This document shows positions 27,226 through 37,386 of a stretch of 64,000 nucleotides of DNA, one piece after another. How positions within the stretch are numbered: the stretch's first letter is position 1; every line of letters begins with the position of its first letter. The translations under genes and the position numbers were made by a program. Location of the stretch: positions 320,563 through 384,562 of the forward strand of contig CAWACZ010000017.1 of assembly GCA_963780685.1 (NCBI GenBank). Reading direction: 5' to 3'. Source of the DNA: an uncultured Acidobacteriota bacterium (GTDB lineage Bacteria > Acidobacteriota > Vicinamibacteria > Vicinamibacterales > CAVVIG01). The notes below the pieces were generated by a model. It had not been told where the DNA came from. It made no database searches and worked only from the letters and a program-made list of their open reading frames with translations.

Positions 27226-27964
27226 TCAGCCGCGCTTCGACTCGTCCGAACCCTGGAACGTGCGACGGTTCGCCCCAAGAACGACTGCAAGAGCTCGTGC
27301 AAGCACACGAGTCTTCGCGTAGTGCACCGAGCCCGGAACGTAGGGGCTACGCCGCGCGACGTTCGTACCGGTGATCAGACCGCCGACCTTGGGGAATCGC
27401 GACGACGGGTCCGTCTTCGGGATGGGCGCCCGCACGTCGCGCGGTCCAACCCGCGGTGGGATGGGCAGTGACGGCGACGTGCCCCACGCGTCGGCGCTGG
27501 TGCGCCAGGATCACGAAGACGAAGAGGAGGCGGTACGCCGCCGTCGGTGAGGACGAGAAATCGGCGGCCATGATCTGGCCGACGTGATTCGCCAGGAATG
27601 TCCGCTACGTCTGGGACGGTCGCCGTCGAGGCCGGCTCATGTACTTGGCCACGGTGGCCTGACTGATGTCGATCCCGAGCTTCAGGAGTTCGCCGTGAAT
27701 GCGTGGTGCGCTCCACGGCGGATTCGAAGCGGACATCGTCCGAATCAAGGCGCGGACATCGCGGCGGGACGGTTGGGCGACCGGGGCGGTGTCGACCCTT
27801 CCAGGCCCTGTACCTGCGGAACCCCTGACGTGCCATGTCATCACGGTGTCGGGCTTGACCAGAACCAGGGCGGACCGCCAGTCGCGCCACATGCGCGAGA
27901 GCCAGACCCACACGAGGCGGTCATTGGCGGTCAGCGGCAGCCGCCGAGGCCGTGCCCGTTCCAA
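27226..27964 (-). mobile_element. decayed DDE/rve-type transposase gene (IS remnant): frameshifts, an in-frame stop, 3' truncation
   Basis: N-terminal part LTANDRLVWVWLSRMWRDWRSALVLVKPDTVMTWH...NPPWSAPRIHGELLKLGIDISQATVAKYM..PSQT, then TAG where homologues have Trp (SQTW-RTFL). Continuation RTFLANH...LLFVFVILAHQRRRVGHVAVTAHPTAGWTA. An internal segment (QGFRRYRAWKGRHRPGRPTVP) is in another frame. The catalytic C-terminus is mostly missing. Confidence 0.7.
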
Positions 27965-28222
27965 CCGTGGAGCTGGTGCCGCAACGCAAGCACCTCAAGC
28001 TGTAAGGCCGCGCGGGATCGGATCGAGCTGCGAATAGCAAACGGCAAGGGAATCAGCACCGACGTCATGGGCGAGAAGCGTATGCAGATGCGGAGATAAC
28101 ATCAATTGTCACAATTCGACGCGGATTTTCAGCAGGTACAAGTGCATGATCGGCTTGAGCTTCGCGCCAACTCATAGACCAAGGCCCGCCAACAGGCCGA
28201 GCGCTGGCATCGTGCCAGCACG

Positions 28223-29695
28223 GTGGAAACGCCCATGACACTGCCTGACCACAAAACCAAGATCGTCGCCACGATCGGACCGGCCTCGGAATCGCCGGCA
28301 ATGCTCGAACGCCTCATTCGCGCGGGGCTGAACATCGCGCGGCTCAACTTCTCGCACGGGGACTTTGCGGGCCACGCCGAGCACATCGTGCGCATCCGCG
28401 CGGCGGCGAAGGCCACCGGCCGGCGCGTCGCCATCATGGCCGACCTGCCGGGTCCCAAGATGCGGGTCGGCAAGATCGAGCCGGAGCCGATCCAGTTGCT
28501 TCCCGGCGAGAACTTCACGTTGACCACAGAAGACGTCGTCGGCAACCTGCGGCGGGTCTCGATGAGTTTCGATCGGCTGCCCCTTGTCGTGAAGCCGGGC
28601 GACAGGCTCTTTCTCAACGACGGCCTGGTGCAGCTGGTCGTGGAGGGCGTGGCGGGTAACGATGTCCAGTGCAAAGTCGCGGTCGGCGGCGAATTGCGCT
28701 CCAAGAAGGGTCTCAATCTGTCGGGCATCGATCTCGGCATCAGCGCGTTTACCGACCACGACCGTGCCTGCCTGGAATTTGCACTGAAGAATGGCGTGGA
28801 CGCCGTGAGCCAGTCGTTCGTGGAGACAGCCGCGGACATCGAAGCTGTGCGAGCAGCGGCAAAAGCCCTCGGCAGCCAGCCATTCATCATCGCCAAGATC
28901 GAGCGTGCCGATGCGCTCGAACACTTCGACGAAATTCTGAAAGCGAGCGACGGCATCATGGTGGCGCGCGGCGATCTCGGGGTGGAATTGCCGGTTGAGC
29001 AAATTGCCGTGATCCAAAAGCAGCTCATCTCGGGGGCCAGCCGTGTCGGCAAGCCGGTGATCACCGCCACTCAGATGCTCGAATCCATGATCACCAGCCG
29101 TCTGCCCACACGGGCCGAGTCCACCGATGTGGCCAACGCCATCCTGGACGGCACCGACTGCATCATGCTCTCGGGCGAGTCGGCAATGGGCAAGCATCCG
29201 GAGGAGGCGGTGATGATGCTTGCGAAAATCGCGGCTTATACCGAGGCGCACCGGCCGCCCACGTCGCTGAATCGTCTGAACGCGATGTCCAGCCAGCACC
29301 AGCCGGACACGGGGGCCGAAGCGATTGCGTCGGTGGTAAAGCACGCGCTGGCGACAACGCCGTTTGCCGCGGTATTCGTGCCCACAAGAACCGGCACCAC
29401 CGCGCGGATGATCTCGCGTTTCAATCCGGCGGTCTGGATTGTCGCCTTAAGCCGTGAGGCGTCGGTGTGCCAGGGGCTGGCTTTCTCCTACGGCGTGCAT
29501 CCGGTCCAAATCGCCCAGGAGCCGGAGAACTGGAGTGACTTTGCCCGACAGTGGCTCCGCGAATATCAGATCCCGGGCGTCCTGGCCATGCTGGTCGCCG
29601 GTCCGTCCACACGCAACCCGGACGCCAACCACCGGCTCGAATTCCTGCGTGTCGATGAACGACGCAGTGTGGCAACGACTGCACGAGCTGACTGA
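28223..29695 (+). CDS. pyk: pyruvate kinase
   Basis: KTKIVATIGPAS, NIARLNFSHG, MVARGDLGVE and a C-terminal regulatory domain. The true start may be ATG 28235 (MTLPDHKTKIV). Confidence 0.9.
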   Translation: METPMTLPDHKTKIVATIGPASESPAMLERLIRAGLNIARLNFSHGDFAGHAEHIVRIRAAAKATGRRVAIMADLPGPKMRVGKIEPEPIQLLPGENFTLTTEDVVGNLRRVSMSFDRLPLVVKPGDRLFLNDGLVQLVVEGVAGNDVQCKVAVGGELRSKKGLNLSGIDLGISAFTDHDRACLEFALKNGVDAVSQSFVETAADIEAVRAAAKALGSQPFIIAKIERADALEHFDEILKASDGIMVARGDLGVELPVEQIAVIQKQLISGASRVGKPVITATQMLESMITSRLPTRAESTDVANAILDGTDCIMLSGESAMGKHPEEAVMMLAKIAAYTEAHRPPTSLNRLNAMSSQHQPDTGAEAIASVVKHALATTPFAAVFVPTRTGTTARMISRFNPAVWIVALSREASVCQGLAFSYGVHPVQIAQEPENWSDFARQWLREYQIPGVLAMLVAGPSTRNPDANHRLEFLRVDERRSVATTARAD

Positions 29696-29726
29696 GAGCG
29701 CATTGCAAAATTGCCGGCGGGCTCTC

Positions 29727-29786
29727 GTAGCGCAGGCCTTCAGGCCTGCCAAAGTGCCGCCGGGCAGCCCTGAAGGGCTGCGCTAC
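29727..29786. repeat. REP-like structured palindromic element, copy 1
   Basis: GTAGCGC-[GCAGGCC ttca GGCCTGC]-linker-[GCAGCCC tgaa GGGCTGC]-GCGCTAC. Outer 7-bp stem enclosing two hairpins. Confidence 0.85.
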
Positions 29787-29851
29787 TGCACGAGCTGACT
29801 AAGTACGGAGTTTCATAATCGGCGGAAACGGCGGAAGCTGGGGAGTACACC

Positions 29852-30565
29852 ATGTCGAGCGACCCGCTTGGATCGCAGCGGAACCGTCACGTCAGCCTTT
29901 CAGACGAGGAAGCGGTCAAGGAGATCGTCGGAGCGGCCGTTCTCGACCTCTGGAAGGCCGTGAATAGTCTCACGCGGCTCCGGCCGTCGAAGCGGGACCG
30001 CTATCGTGTGGCAATTTTCGGATCGGCGCGCGCCCAGCCCGGTTCTTTCGTGTATGAGGAAGTGAAACGGGCGGCAACGGCGTTCTCGGTCATGGGATGC
30101 GACATCGTGACCGGCGGCGGACCCGGATTGATGCGGGCGGCCAACGAAGGCGCGAGCCTCGCGGGAACGACTGCGTCCATGGGCATTCGCGTGGATCTGC
30201 CGTTCGAGCAGGACGTGAATCCCTTTGTCGAGCGGGCCTTCGAGCACGAGACGTTCTTCACACGCCTGCATCATTTCGTGATCGCCTCGGATGCGTTCAT
30301 CGTCGTGCCGGGCGGCATCGGCACCGTACTCGAGACGCTCATGATCTGGCAGCTCCTCCAGGTGCGCCACGTGGACAACGTCCCGCTCATCCTGGTCGGC
30401 AAGATGTGGAAGGGCCTCGTCGAGTGGGCGAGGGCCAGCATGCTCGACCCGGGGCTGGCGCTCGCCAACGCCGAAGATCTTCAGATTCCCCGATGCCTGG
30501 AGACGGCCGATGAAGCGATCGCGTTGGTTCGCGATCTGCACGCGAGGTGGAAGGCGACGCAATAA
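29852..30565 (+). CDS. LOG/TIGR00730-family Rossmann-fold nucleotide-binding protein
   Basis: VAIFGSAR, TGGGPGLMRAANEGA and PGGIGTVLETLMIWQLLQ motifs. Confidence 0.8.
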   Translation: MSSDPLGSQRNRHVSLSDEEAVKEIVGAAVLDLWKAVNSLTRLRPSKRDRYRVAIFGSARAQPGSFVYEEVKRAATAFSVMGCDIVTGGGPGLMRAANEGASLAGTTASMGIRVDLPFEQDVNPFVERAFEHETFFTRLHHFVIASDAFIVVPGGIGTVLETLMIWQLLQVRHVDNVPLILVGKMWKGLVEWARASMLDPGLALANAEDLQIPRCLETADEAIALVRDLHARWKATQ

Positions 30566-30768
30566 GTGACGACGGCTTACCTGCCTGAGGCGAGTCTGAA
30601 CGCGCGCGGGTGCGACTCGCCCGGGAGCGCCACGGACCGCACAACTGGGGGCAAAAGTGTCACCCATGTGCCGGGGGCCGGAATACGGTGTTACCTGTGT
30701 CTCAGGGAGGACATGCGACCCGCATCATGGGGACCGGTGTGACTGGCTCGAGGCCACGGGGCCCTCGC

Positions 30769-31714
30769 ATGAAGATCGCCATCGTCGGTTGCGGCATGGT
30801 CGGTTCGGCCTCCGCGTACGCCCTCGTCATGCGCGGCGTGGGCCGGGAGATCCTGCTCGTGGATCTGAACCGCTCGCGCGCCGAGGCCGAGGCCAATGAC
30901 ATCCATCACGCGGTCCCGTTCTCACATCCCCTTACGGTCCGCGCGGGGGATTATGCGGACGTTGCCGGCGCGAGCGTAGTGGTCATCGCCGGGGGCGTGG
31001 CGCAGCAGCCGGGCGAGACGCGGCTGCAGCTTCTTCAGCGCAACGCAGACGTCTTCCGCGAGATTGTCCCCTCCGTGCTTCGCGTTGCGCCCGAGGCGGT
31101 GCTGCTCGTCGTCACCAACCCGGTGGACATCATGACGCATCTGGCGGCGAGCCTTGCTGTCAGATGTGGCGTGTCACACGCACGCGTGTTCGGTTCTGGC
31201 ACAACACTCGACACCGCGCGATTTCGTGCGCTGCTCGGTCGGCACTTTGGCGTGGACCCCCGTCACGTCCACGCGTACGTCATCGGTGAACATGGCGACT
31301 CGGAGGTGCTGGTCTGGTCGCAGGCCACCATCGCGGGCCTGCACCTGGACGAGTTCGCGAGGATCCAGGGCCAAACGCTCAGCGAGGCGGAGCGCAGCCA
31401 GATCGACGAGAATGTCCGTCGCGCGGCGTATCACATCATTGCGGGCAAGGGCGCGACGTACTACGGCATCGGGAGCGCTGTGGCGCACATCGTGGACGTG
31501 TTGCTGCACGACCAGCGGGCCATCCTCACGATTTGTTCACGCATCACGGCTGTGCCGGACTGCGACGGCCTGACGCTGGCCCTGCCGCACCTGGTTGGCG
31601 GCGATGGAGGTACTGGCGACCATTCCGCTGACGCTGGCCCCTGCCGAGCGCGAGGGGCTCCGTCGCAGCGCGGGCACGCTGCGCGAAGCCGTTGCATCGC
31701 TGAACTTGGCATGA
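30769..31714 (+). CDS. ldh: L-lactate dehydrogenase, frameshifted as assembled
   Basis: [21 protein letters not shown] and GEHGDSEV. After ...LPHLVGGDG the conserved C-terminus ([34 protein letters not shown], stop 31712-31714) continues in the +1 frame. One extra base lies near 31606-31610. Confidence 0.85.
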
Positions 31715-31896
31715 GCTGGTTGTTCCAATTGCAGGCGACCAACCGAACATAGCCGGCTCCGATGCTCCGGCCGTCGCTTATGCCACGGTGTATCCGATGC
31801 AGATGCTCCTGCGTGTTCTCTGCGCAGGTGCTGGCGCTGACCCTGATTCGATGAAGGGAATTTCGGCTAGAGCAAATCCCAGTTGGATGTAGCGGT

Positions 31897-32090
31897 CAGT
31901 CCTTTGTCCTTCGTCCTTGGTTTCTTGGTCCGTTCGTAGTTCATTGTCGTCCTCGGTCCTTGGCTGCGGGCGAAACTCGCATGGAGGGGCGACCGCACTT
32001 CGAGCACGACCAAGGACTTAGGACCAAGCGCGGCCCAAGATTGGGGACGGACCGAAGGACCAAGAACCCCGGACCAAGGACTGACACAAA
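31897..32090. repeat. long imperfect inverted repeat built from ~7-nt units (TCCTTNG / complement CNAAGGA)
   Basis: Left arm cagTCCTTTGTCCTTCGTCCTTGG...GTCCTCGGTCCTTGG. Right arm CCAAGGACTTAGGAC...GGACCGAAGGACCAAGAACCCCGGACCAAGGACTG. The terminal 8 bp (CAGTCCTT/AAGGACTG) are perfectly complementary. Lies between convergent ldh and the GH144-like gene. Confidence 0.7.
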
Positions 32091-32125
32091 GTCGATCGCG
32101 GACTACACCGAAAAGAAAAGCGCTC

Positions 32126-33445
32126 CTAGAGCCAACCGCCACTGAATCCCGCCCGGCGCAGTCCGGCAATGACTGCCGGGCACCGGCGCATGATGTTCCA
32201 GAGCAAGCCGGTCCGGTAGTTCTCGATCATCAGCACGACCGGCCCTTGATCGATGCCGAAGTGATACGGAGTGACCCACCAACCGGTCGGGCTATCCTGC
32301 ACCTCAAACGATTGGTTGAACGACGGCTTGAATCCATACTTTCTCGTCATTCCCAGGTCCATTCGCGCAAAGTACTGCACGGTCGGGATGACGATTTCAG
32401 GAGCAAACGGCAGCGAGGCGACGACGACCCACGGGGCGACAGTGCCGTCGTCGGGACCGTATGGGGCCCCTCGAGCGAAATAGTCGAAAAATTGGAGTTC
32501 GACGCCGTTGACCCAACGCTTCACCCACCCAGGCCCGTCGCATGCCGTGAATCCCCAACAGTGTTCGCCGTAGCCGACGAAATTCCCGGGATTGCGGATC
32601 GCGTATTCCTGCTGCAGGAACGTCGCCTGCCGGCTGTTCTCGAAGTAGTCGCTGCCGTGCGCACGCATGAATTCGTCGCGAATGCCGCGAAAGTCGATCC
32701 ACATATGCGAGAGTTGATGCGTGAAGAGCGGCCCCGAATAGAGCAATTCACGATCGTAGATTTTCTTCCACTCATAGGTCGAGCAATACGCGCGATAGCT
32801 CTCGGGCGGCAACGGATGCGTGGGCGAACCGAGTCCGAGGATGTACAGCAGCAACCCTTCGTCGTAACCTTGCCAGCGGTGTTGGATGAACCCGGTCTCC
32901 GGCCGCCAGCCATGCGTGAGAGTCGGCCCGCCGTCACAGGCCCAGTTCCAATCGGCCCGACGGTAAAGCGTATCGGCCAGGTCTCTGATCTCGACCTCGA
33001 CGCGCGTGTCACGGTCGAAATACGTGCCCGCCGTCAGGGCGCCCGCGAACAGAAACGCCGAGTCGATGGTGGAAAGCTCGCACTCCCACACGCGGCGACC
33101 GGTTTCGATGTCCAGGAAATGGTAGAAAAAGCCTTTGTAACCGGTAGCGTCCGGCTCGGGACCTTGCGGGCATGCGAGCAAGTACTGCAGGCGCCTCCGT
33201 GTGATCTTGGCGGCGAAGTCTCGGAAGAGGACGCCGCGCTCGACGACGACCGGAATCGTCGCCAGCGCCATACCCACGGCGGCGATACTGACCGGAGCGT
33301 TCGGGTCGGTCTTGTCCCGGACCAGCCCATTGTCAGGGTTGGTTTCGCGCAGGTAGTAAAGAATCGTGGACAACTGAAGCAGGCCCCGATCTCTGTCGGT
33401 AGGCGGTCGATCGAGATGGTCGTCAGCGCCGGGAATGTCGGCCAC
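32126..33445 (-). CDS. glucoamylase-like (PF10091/GH144-type) putative beta-1,2-glucanase, cytoplasmic
   Basis: VSIAAVGMALATIPV, GYKGFFYHFLDIETGRRVWECELSTIDSAFLFAGALTAGTYF and similar stretches recalled from the PF10091 family. No signal peptide. 16 nt downstream of the GH94 gene. Confidence 0.55.
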   Translation of the reverse strand: MADIPGADDHLDRPPTDRDRGLLQLSTILYYLRETNPDNGLVRDKTDPNAPVSIAAVGMALATIPVVVERGVLFRDFAAKITRRRLQYLLACPQGPEPDATGYKGFFYHFLDIETGRRVWECELSTIDSAFLFAGALTAGTYFDRDTRVEVEIRDLADTLYRRADWNWACDGGPTLTHGWRPETGFIQHRWQGYDEGLLLYILGLGSPTHPLPPESYRAYCSTYEWKKIYDRELLYSGPLFTHQLSHMWIDFRGIRDEFMRAHGSDYFENSRQATFLQQEYAIRNPGNFVGYGEHCWGFTACDGPGWVKRWVNGVELQFFDYFARGAPYGPDDGTVAPWVVVASLPFAPEIVIPTVQYFARMDLGMTRKYGFKPSFNQSFEVQDSPTGWWVTPYHFGIDQGPVVLMIENYRTGLLWNIMRRCPAVIAGLRRAGFSGGWL

Positions 33446-33461
33446 GAGTAGTTACTCTCGG

Positions 33462-36400
33462 TCAGCCCAACTGCACGCGGACCTTGTGGGTGTTCCCGTC
33501 GTCGCTGAGCGGCACTATGTGGTTCGGCACCAGCTGCCCGTCCAGCTCGATTGATCGCACGCCGCGACCCGTGCCAGCCGAGTTGTCTACCAGAATTTGG
33601 TATGTCGCCGACTGATAGCGATAGCTCAATTCGAATCGCGGCCAGTTCGGTGGGATGCATGGCTCGATCCGAAGAGTGCGGCCCCGCAATTGGAAGCCCA
33701 GAATCGTTTCAATCGCCACGCGGTAAAGCCAACTCGCCGAGCCGGTGTACCACGTCCAGCCGCCACGCCCCGTGTGCGGCGGGGCGCCATACACGTCGGC
33801 GCACACCACATACGGTTCAACTTTGTAGTGCTGCACCTCCTCAGCGGTCGTGGCATGGTAGACCGGGTTGATGAGGTTCCAAAGTTCCATGGCGCGGTCG
33901 CCGTGACCCTGCAACGCCATCGCCAGGGCAACCCAGGTGGCGGCGTGGGTGTATTGGCCGCCGTTCTCGCGGATGCCCGGCACGTACCCTTTGATGTAGC
34001 CCGGCTGAAGGGCGCCTTTGTCGAACGGCGGGTCGAACAGTTGGATCAATTTGTCGCCGGTACGCACCAGACGCTGTTGAACCGCGTCCATCGCCGACTG
34101 AGTCCGCGCCACGTTTCCTGCACCGGAAATGACCGCCCACGCTTGTGGGAGGGCGTCGATTTGGCACTCATCGTTTTGGGCCGATCCCAAGGGAGTGCCG
34201 TCGTCAAAATATGCCCGGCGGTACCACGCGCCATCCCAGGCGTTCGCCTCCAGAGCAACCCGCAACTGCTCGGCTCGCTCCCGGCACCACTTGGCATCGT
34301 CGGCTTGGCTGCACCGCTCAGCCAATTCTGCAAACGCATTCAACACGCTGATGAAGAACCACCCGTTCCAAACGCTCTCGCCCCTTCCGTGCGCGCCCAC
34401 CTTATTCATGCCGTCGTTCCAATCGCCCGTGCCCATGAGGGGCAATCCGTGAGAACCCAGCCGATAGCCGTGCTTCAGCGCGCGAACGCAGTGGGCATAG
34501 ACGGTGGCGGTCTGCTCACTTAGTGCGGGCAAGTTGAAGTCTTCCTCCTGATCATCGCGGAGTACCGGCGACGTGATGAACGGCACGACCTCATCCAACA
34601 GTTCGGTGTCGCCTGTTGTCACAACATAGTGGTGAACCACGAACGGCAGGAAATAGAGGTCGTCGGTGATCCGCGTCCGAACGCCGATCCCGGATGGCGG
34701 ATGCCACCAGTGCTGGACATCGCCCTCTTCGAATTGCCGTGCCGCCGCGCGCAAGATCTGCGCTCGCGCCTCTGCCGGAGCGCTGTAGACCAGGGCCATC
34801 ACATCCTGCAATTGGTCTCGAAAGCCGTACGCTCCGCCGGATTGGTAAAACGCAGAGCGGGCCCAAATGCGGCAAGCCAGGACCTGATAAACAAGCCAAC
34901 GGTTGAGCATCAGGTCGATGCCCGGGTCTGGCGTAGTCACGTGCAACGCGTTCAGGGAGCGGTCCCACTGCTGCTGCACCTGGGTCAGGGCCGCCTCCGC
35001 TCGATGGGACTGTGTGTAATCGCGAATGAGTCGATGAACCTCCGCCAGGCTATCCGCCTGGCCCAACGCGAAAACCACTTCTTTCGTCTCGCCAGGAGCC
35101 AGCGTCAGTTCCGTCGTCACCGCTGCGCAGGGATCGAGGGCTGGGCCCGCGGAGCCGGACAACCCTACGCGCTTCAGGGCGGCGGGCATTGAAATCGAGC
35201 CGTGCTCCCCGAGAAATTCCGTACGATCGGCGGTGACCGACTGCGCCGGCGAACCGGAGGCCACGAACGCGATCTTCCCGGCGAAGTCGCCGGCCCAGGC
35301 ATTCCGCGCCAATATCGCGGAGCTCTCCGGATCGCGCTCGCACACGACTTGCAGCGGAGCGTTTTCACGCACGGTTCCAAGAACCCATTCGGCGTAATAC
35401 GTCGCCGACAGCCGACGGGGCCGATCGCCGTCATTTCGCACCGTCAAGCACACCAACTTGATCGGATCGTCGGTCGGAACGAAAACCAAAAGCTCCTGAC
35501 TGAGATTCCGACTGGCCTGAGTGTAGCGAGTGTAACCTTGGCCGTGGCGGACCGTCACCGTTGCCCGAGGTCCCAGCGGTAAGGGCGTGGGAGTCCAGAA
35601 ATCACCAGTGTCCTCGTCGCGTAAGTAGATCACTTCGCCGGGTGGGTCCGACGTCGGATCATTCGACCAGGGACTGAGGCGATTCATTTGACTGTTGCCT
35701 GCCCAGCTGTAGCCAAGGCCGGCCTCCGTCACCAAACATCCGAACCGCGGATTGGCCAGCACATTCGTCCAGGGGGCCGGCGGCAACCTTGGCCCGGTCT
35801 GCAAAGTGCCGTCGATCACAATCACGTATTCGCGGCCATCACGGGTGAAACCTCCGAAGCCGTTCCAGAAGCTCAGTCCTTCAGGCGGCGGGACGGGCTG
35901 CGCGACAGCCTTTGTCGCGACTGCGCTCGGCGTGAGTGGTGGGGGAGTGGGCCGTGGGGCACCGCGATGATCGATTCGCTCTGCCAGCGACCCGCCACCA
36001 CCAGCGAAAACAGCCCGTGCGGCAGCGGCGAGGAGAACCGCATCATCGGTGGGCACCTTGTCCGCAGTCAAGAAGAACACACCTCCCGATTTGCCGAGCA
36101 ATTCGCCAGCAACTCCTGTCTCTAATTCCCCTCGTAACCGATCGGCAGGTTCGCCGGCGCGCTCGTCCAGAATCACGAGATCCAATTTCAATCCCCGGCC
36201 ACGGGTATAGGTGCACCAGCGAAGAAGTTGGCGGACGACGGCCTCATCGTCGGCCTGAGCCACTCGGACCAGCACAATTGGCAGGTCACCGGAAATAGCG
36301 TGCGGCCACAGGTTCGGCTGCCCCAGCCGGTTGGAGGCCACCGCATCAAGGTCGCGAAAACCGGAGTTCGTAAAAACGACGGACGCCGCCAATCGATTGA

Positions 36401-37322
36401 ACAGGGCGACGTCGTCCGCTGTAAGCTCGAGTTCCCTCAGTTCGCTCTGGGACCGGCTTTTGGCGCCGGCAAATGCCTGGTCGATCGCCTCGAAATCGCG
36501 GAATCGTTCGGCAATTCCGACGGCGGCTTCATGCGTGTCAGCCGCGCCGGTCACAAATGCGATCCGAGCCGTCTCTCCCGCTTCGAGGCCGACGCGCCGG
36601 CGCAAGCTGAAGATCGGATCGAGCACCGGGCCGGTAGTCCGCGACAGGCGAGCCCCCGAGTCCAGGGCGGCGGGATTGGCCGCCGTCCGGCCGCGTCCGA
36701 GAAATCTCATTCGGTCCGTCTCGTACTCAATCTCTTCAGTGGCCGACACACTCGCTGCTGACGTGTGAATCGCAAAGACTGGTTGCTCGTCCGCGCCGCG
36801 CGGTCGGCGTCGGGCCAAGAGGGCGCCATGTCGCGGTTCGAACTTTGTCTCCAGAAACAGCTTGGCGAAGGCGGGGTGGGCCTGATCCGCCCGCCGGCCA
36901 TTCAGACACACCTCCGCATAGCTCGTCAGCTCGAGTTCACGGTGACGACGGCCGTGATTGAGGAGCGTCACCGCGCGTACTTCAGCGTCGGCATCGGGCA
37001 CGACACAAACGTCACAGCGGGTCTCGACGTCGCCATCCCGTCGACGAAACTCGGCACGGTCGGCGTGAAAGTGGAATTCGGATTCATCAGCTGCCTTGGG
37101 CAGCGGCTGAAGGCCAATCGACCACATGCTGTTATCAGAGATGTCACGGACGTAACAGAACTGGCCCCAGCAGTCGCGCGTTGCGTCTTCGCGCCAGCGG
37201 GTGACATCCAGGTCGCGCCAAGTGCTGTAGCCAGCGCCGGCGCTCGTGAGCATCACGCCGTACGAGCCGTTGGACAGCAGCGCTATCGCAGGTCGCGATG
37301 TCATTGTTCCGTCCTTCGACAT
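33462..37322 (-). CDS. GH94-family glycan phosphorylase (cellobiose/beta-1,2-oligoglucan phosphorylase-like), 1286 aa
   Basis: NPRFGCLVTEAGLGYSWAGNSQMNRLSPWSNDPTSDPPGEVIYLRDEDTG, YQSGGAYGFRDQLQD and GTGDWNDGMN are GH94/NdvB-C-terminal-type motifs. Uninterrupted frame. Confidence 0.7.
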   Translation of the reverse strand: MSKDGTMTSRPAIALLSNGSYGVMLTSAGAGYSTWRDLDVTRWREDATRDCWGQFCYVRDISDNSMWSIGLQPLPKAADESEFHFHADRAEFRRRDGDVETRCDVCVVPDADAEVRAVTLLNHGRRHRELELTSYAEVCLNGRRADQAHPAFAKLFLETKFEPRHGALLARRRPRGADEQPVFAIHTSAASVSATEEIEYETDRMRFLGRGRTAANPAALDSGARLSRTTGPVLDPIFSLRRRVGLEAGETARIAFVTGAADTHEAAVGIAERFRDFEAIDQAFAGAKSRSQSELRELELTADDVALFNRLAASVVFTNSGFRDLDAVASNRLGQPNLWPHAISGDLPIVLVRVAQADDEAVVRQLLRWCTYTRGRGLKLDLVILDERAGEPADRLRGELETGVAGELLGKSGGVFFLTADKVPTDDAVLLAAAARAVFAGGGGSLAERIDHRGAPRPTPPPLTPSAVATKAVAQPVPPPEGLSFWNGFGGFTRDGREYVIVIDGTLQTGPRLPPAPWTNVLANPRFGCLVTEAGLGYSWAGNSQMNRLSPWSNDPTSDPPGEVIYLRDEDTGDFWTPTPLPLGPRATVTVRHGQGYTRYTQASRNLSQELLVFVPTDDPIKLVCLTVRNDGDRPRRLSATYYAEWVLGTVRENAPLQVVCERDPESSAILARNAWAGDFAGKIAFVASGSPAQSVTADRTEFLGEHGSISMPAALKRVGLSGSAGPALDPCAAVTTELTLAPGETKEVVFALGQADSLAEVHRLIRDYTQSHRAEAALTQVQQQWDRSLNALHVTTPDPGIDLMLNRWLVYQVLACRIWARSAFYQSGGAYGFRDQLQDVMALVYSAPAEARAQILRAAARQFEEGDVQHWWHPPSGIGVRTRITDDLYFLPFVVHHYVVTTGDTELLDEVVPFITSPVLRDDQEEDFNLPALSEQTATVYAHCVRALKHGYRLGSHGLPLMGTGDWNDGMNKVGAHGRGESVWNGWFFISVLNAFAELAERCSQADDAKWCRERAEQLRVALEANAWDGAWYRRAYFDDGTPLGSAQNDECQIDALPQAWAVISGAGNVARTQSAMDAVQQRLVRTGDKLIQLFDPPFDKGALQPGYIKGYVPGIRENGGQYTHAATWVALAMALQGHGDRAMELWNLINPVYHATTAEEVQHYKVEPYVVCADVYGAPPHTGRGGWTWYTGSASWLYRVAIETILGFQLRGRTLRIEPCIPPNWPRFELSYRYQSATYQILVDNSAGTGRGVRSIELDGQLVPNHIVPLSDDGNTHKVRVQLG

Positions 37323-37386
37323 TGGAATCAGGTTGAAGCTCGGTCCATGTCCGAGCGCATATCGTCAGCAGCCGCCCGTCATCGAC

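Noticed and set aside
28205-28220. Sigma-54-like match TGGCATCGTGCCAGCA just upstream of pyk.
   Set aside because: The GG-N10-GC spacing fits, but the -12 box is CAGCA rather than TTGCW. It is really a 7-bp perfect palindrome (GCTGGCA-tcg-TGCCAGC). It sits only ~3-15 nt from the candidate start codons and has no tandem palindrome upstream.
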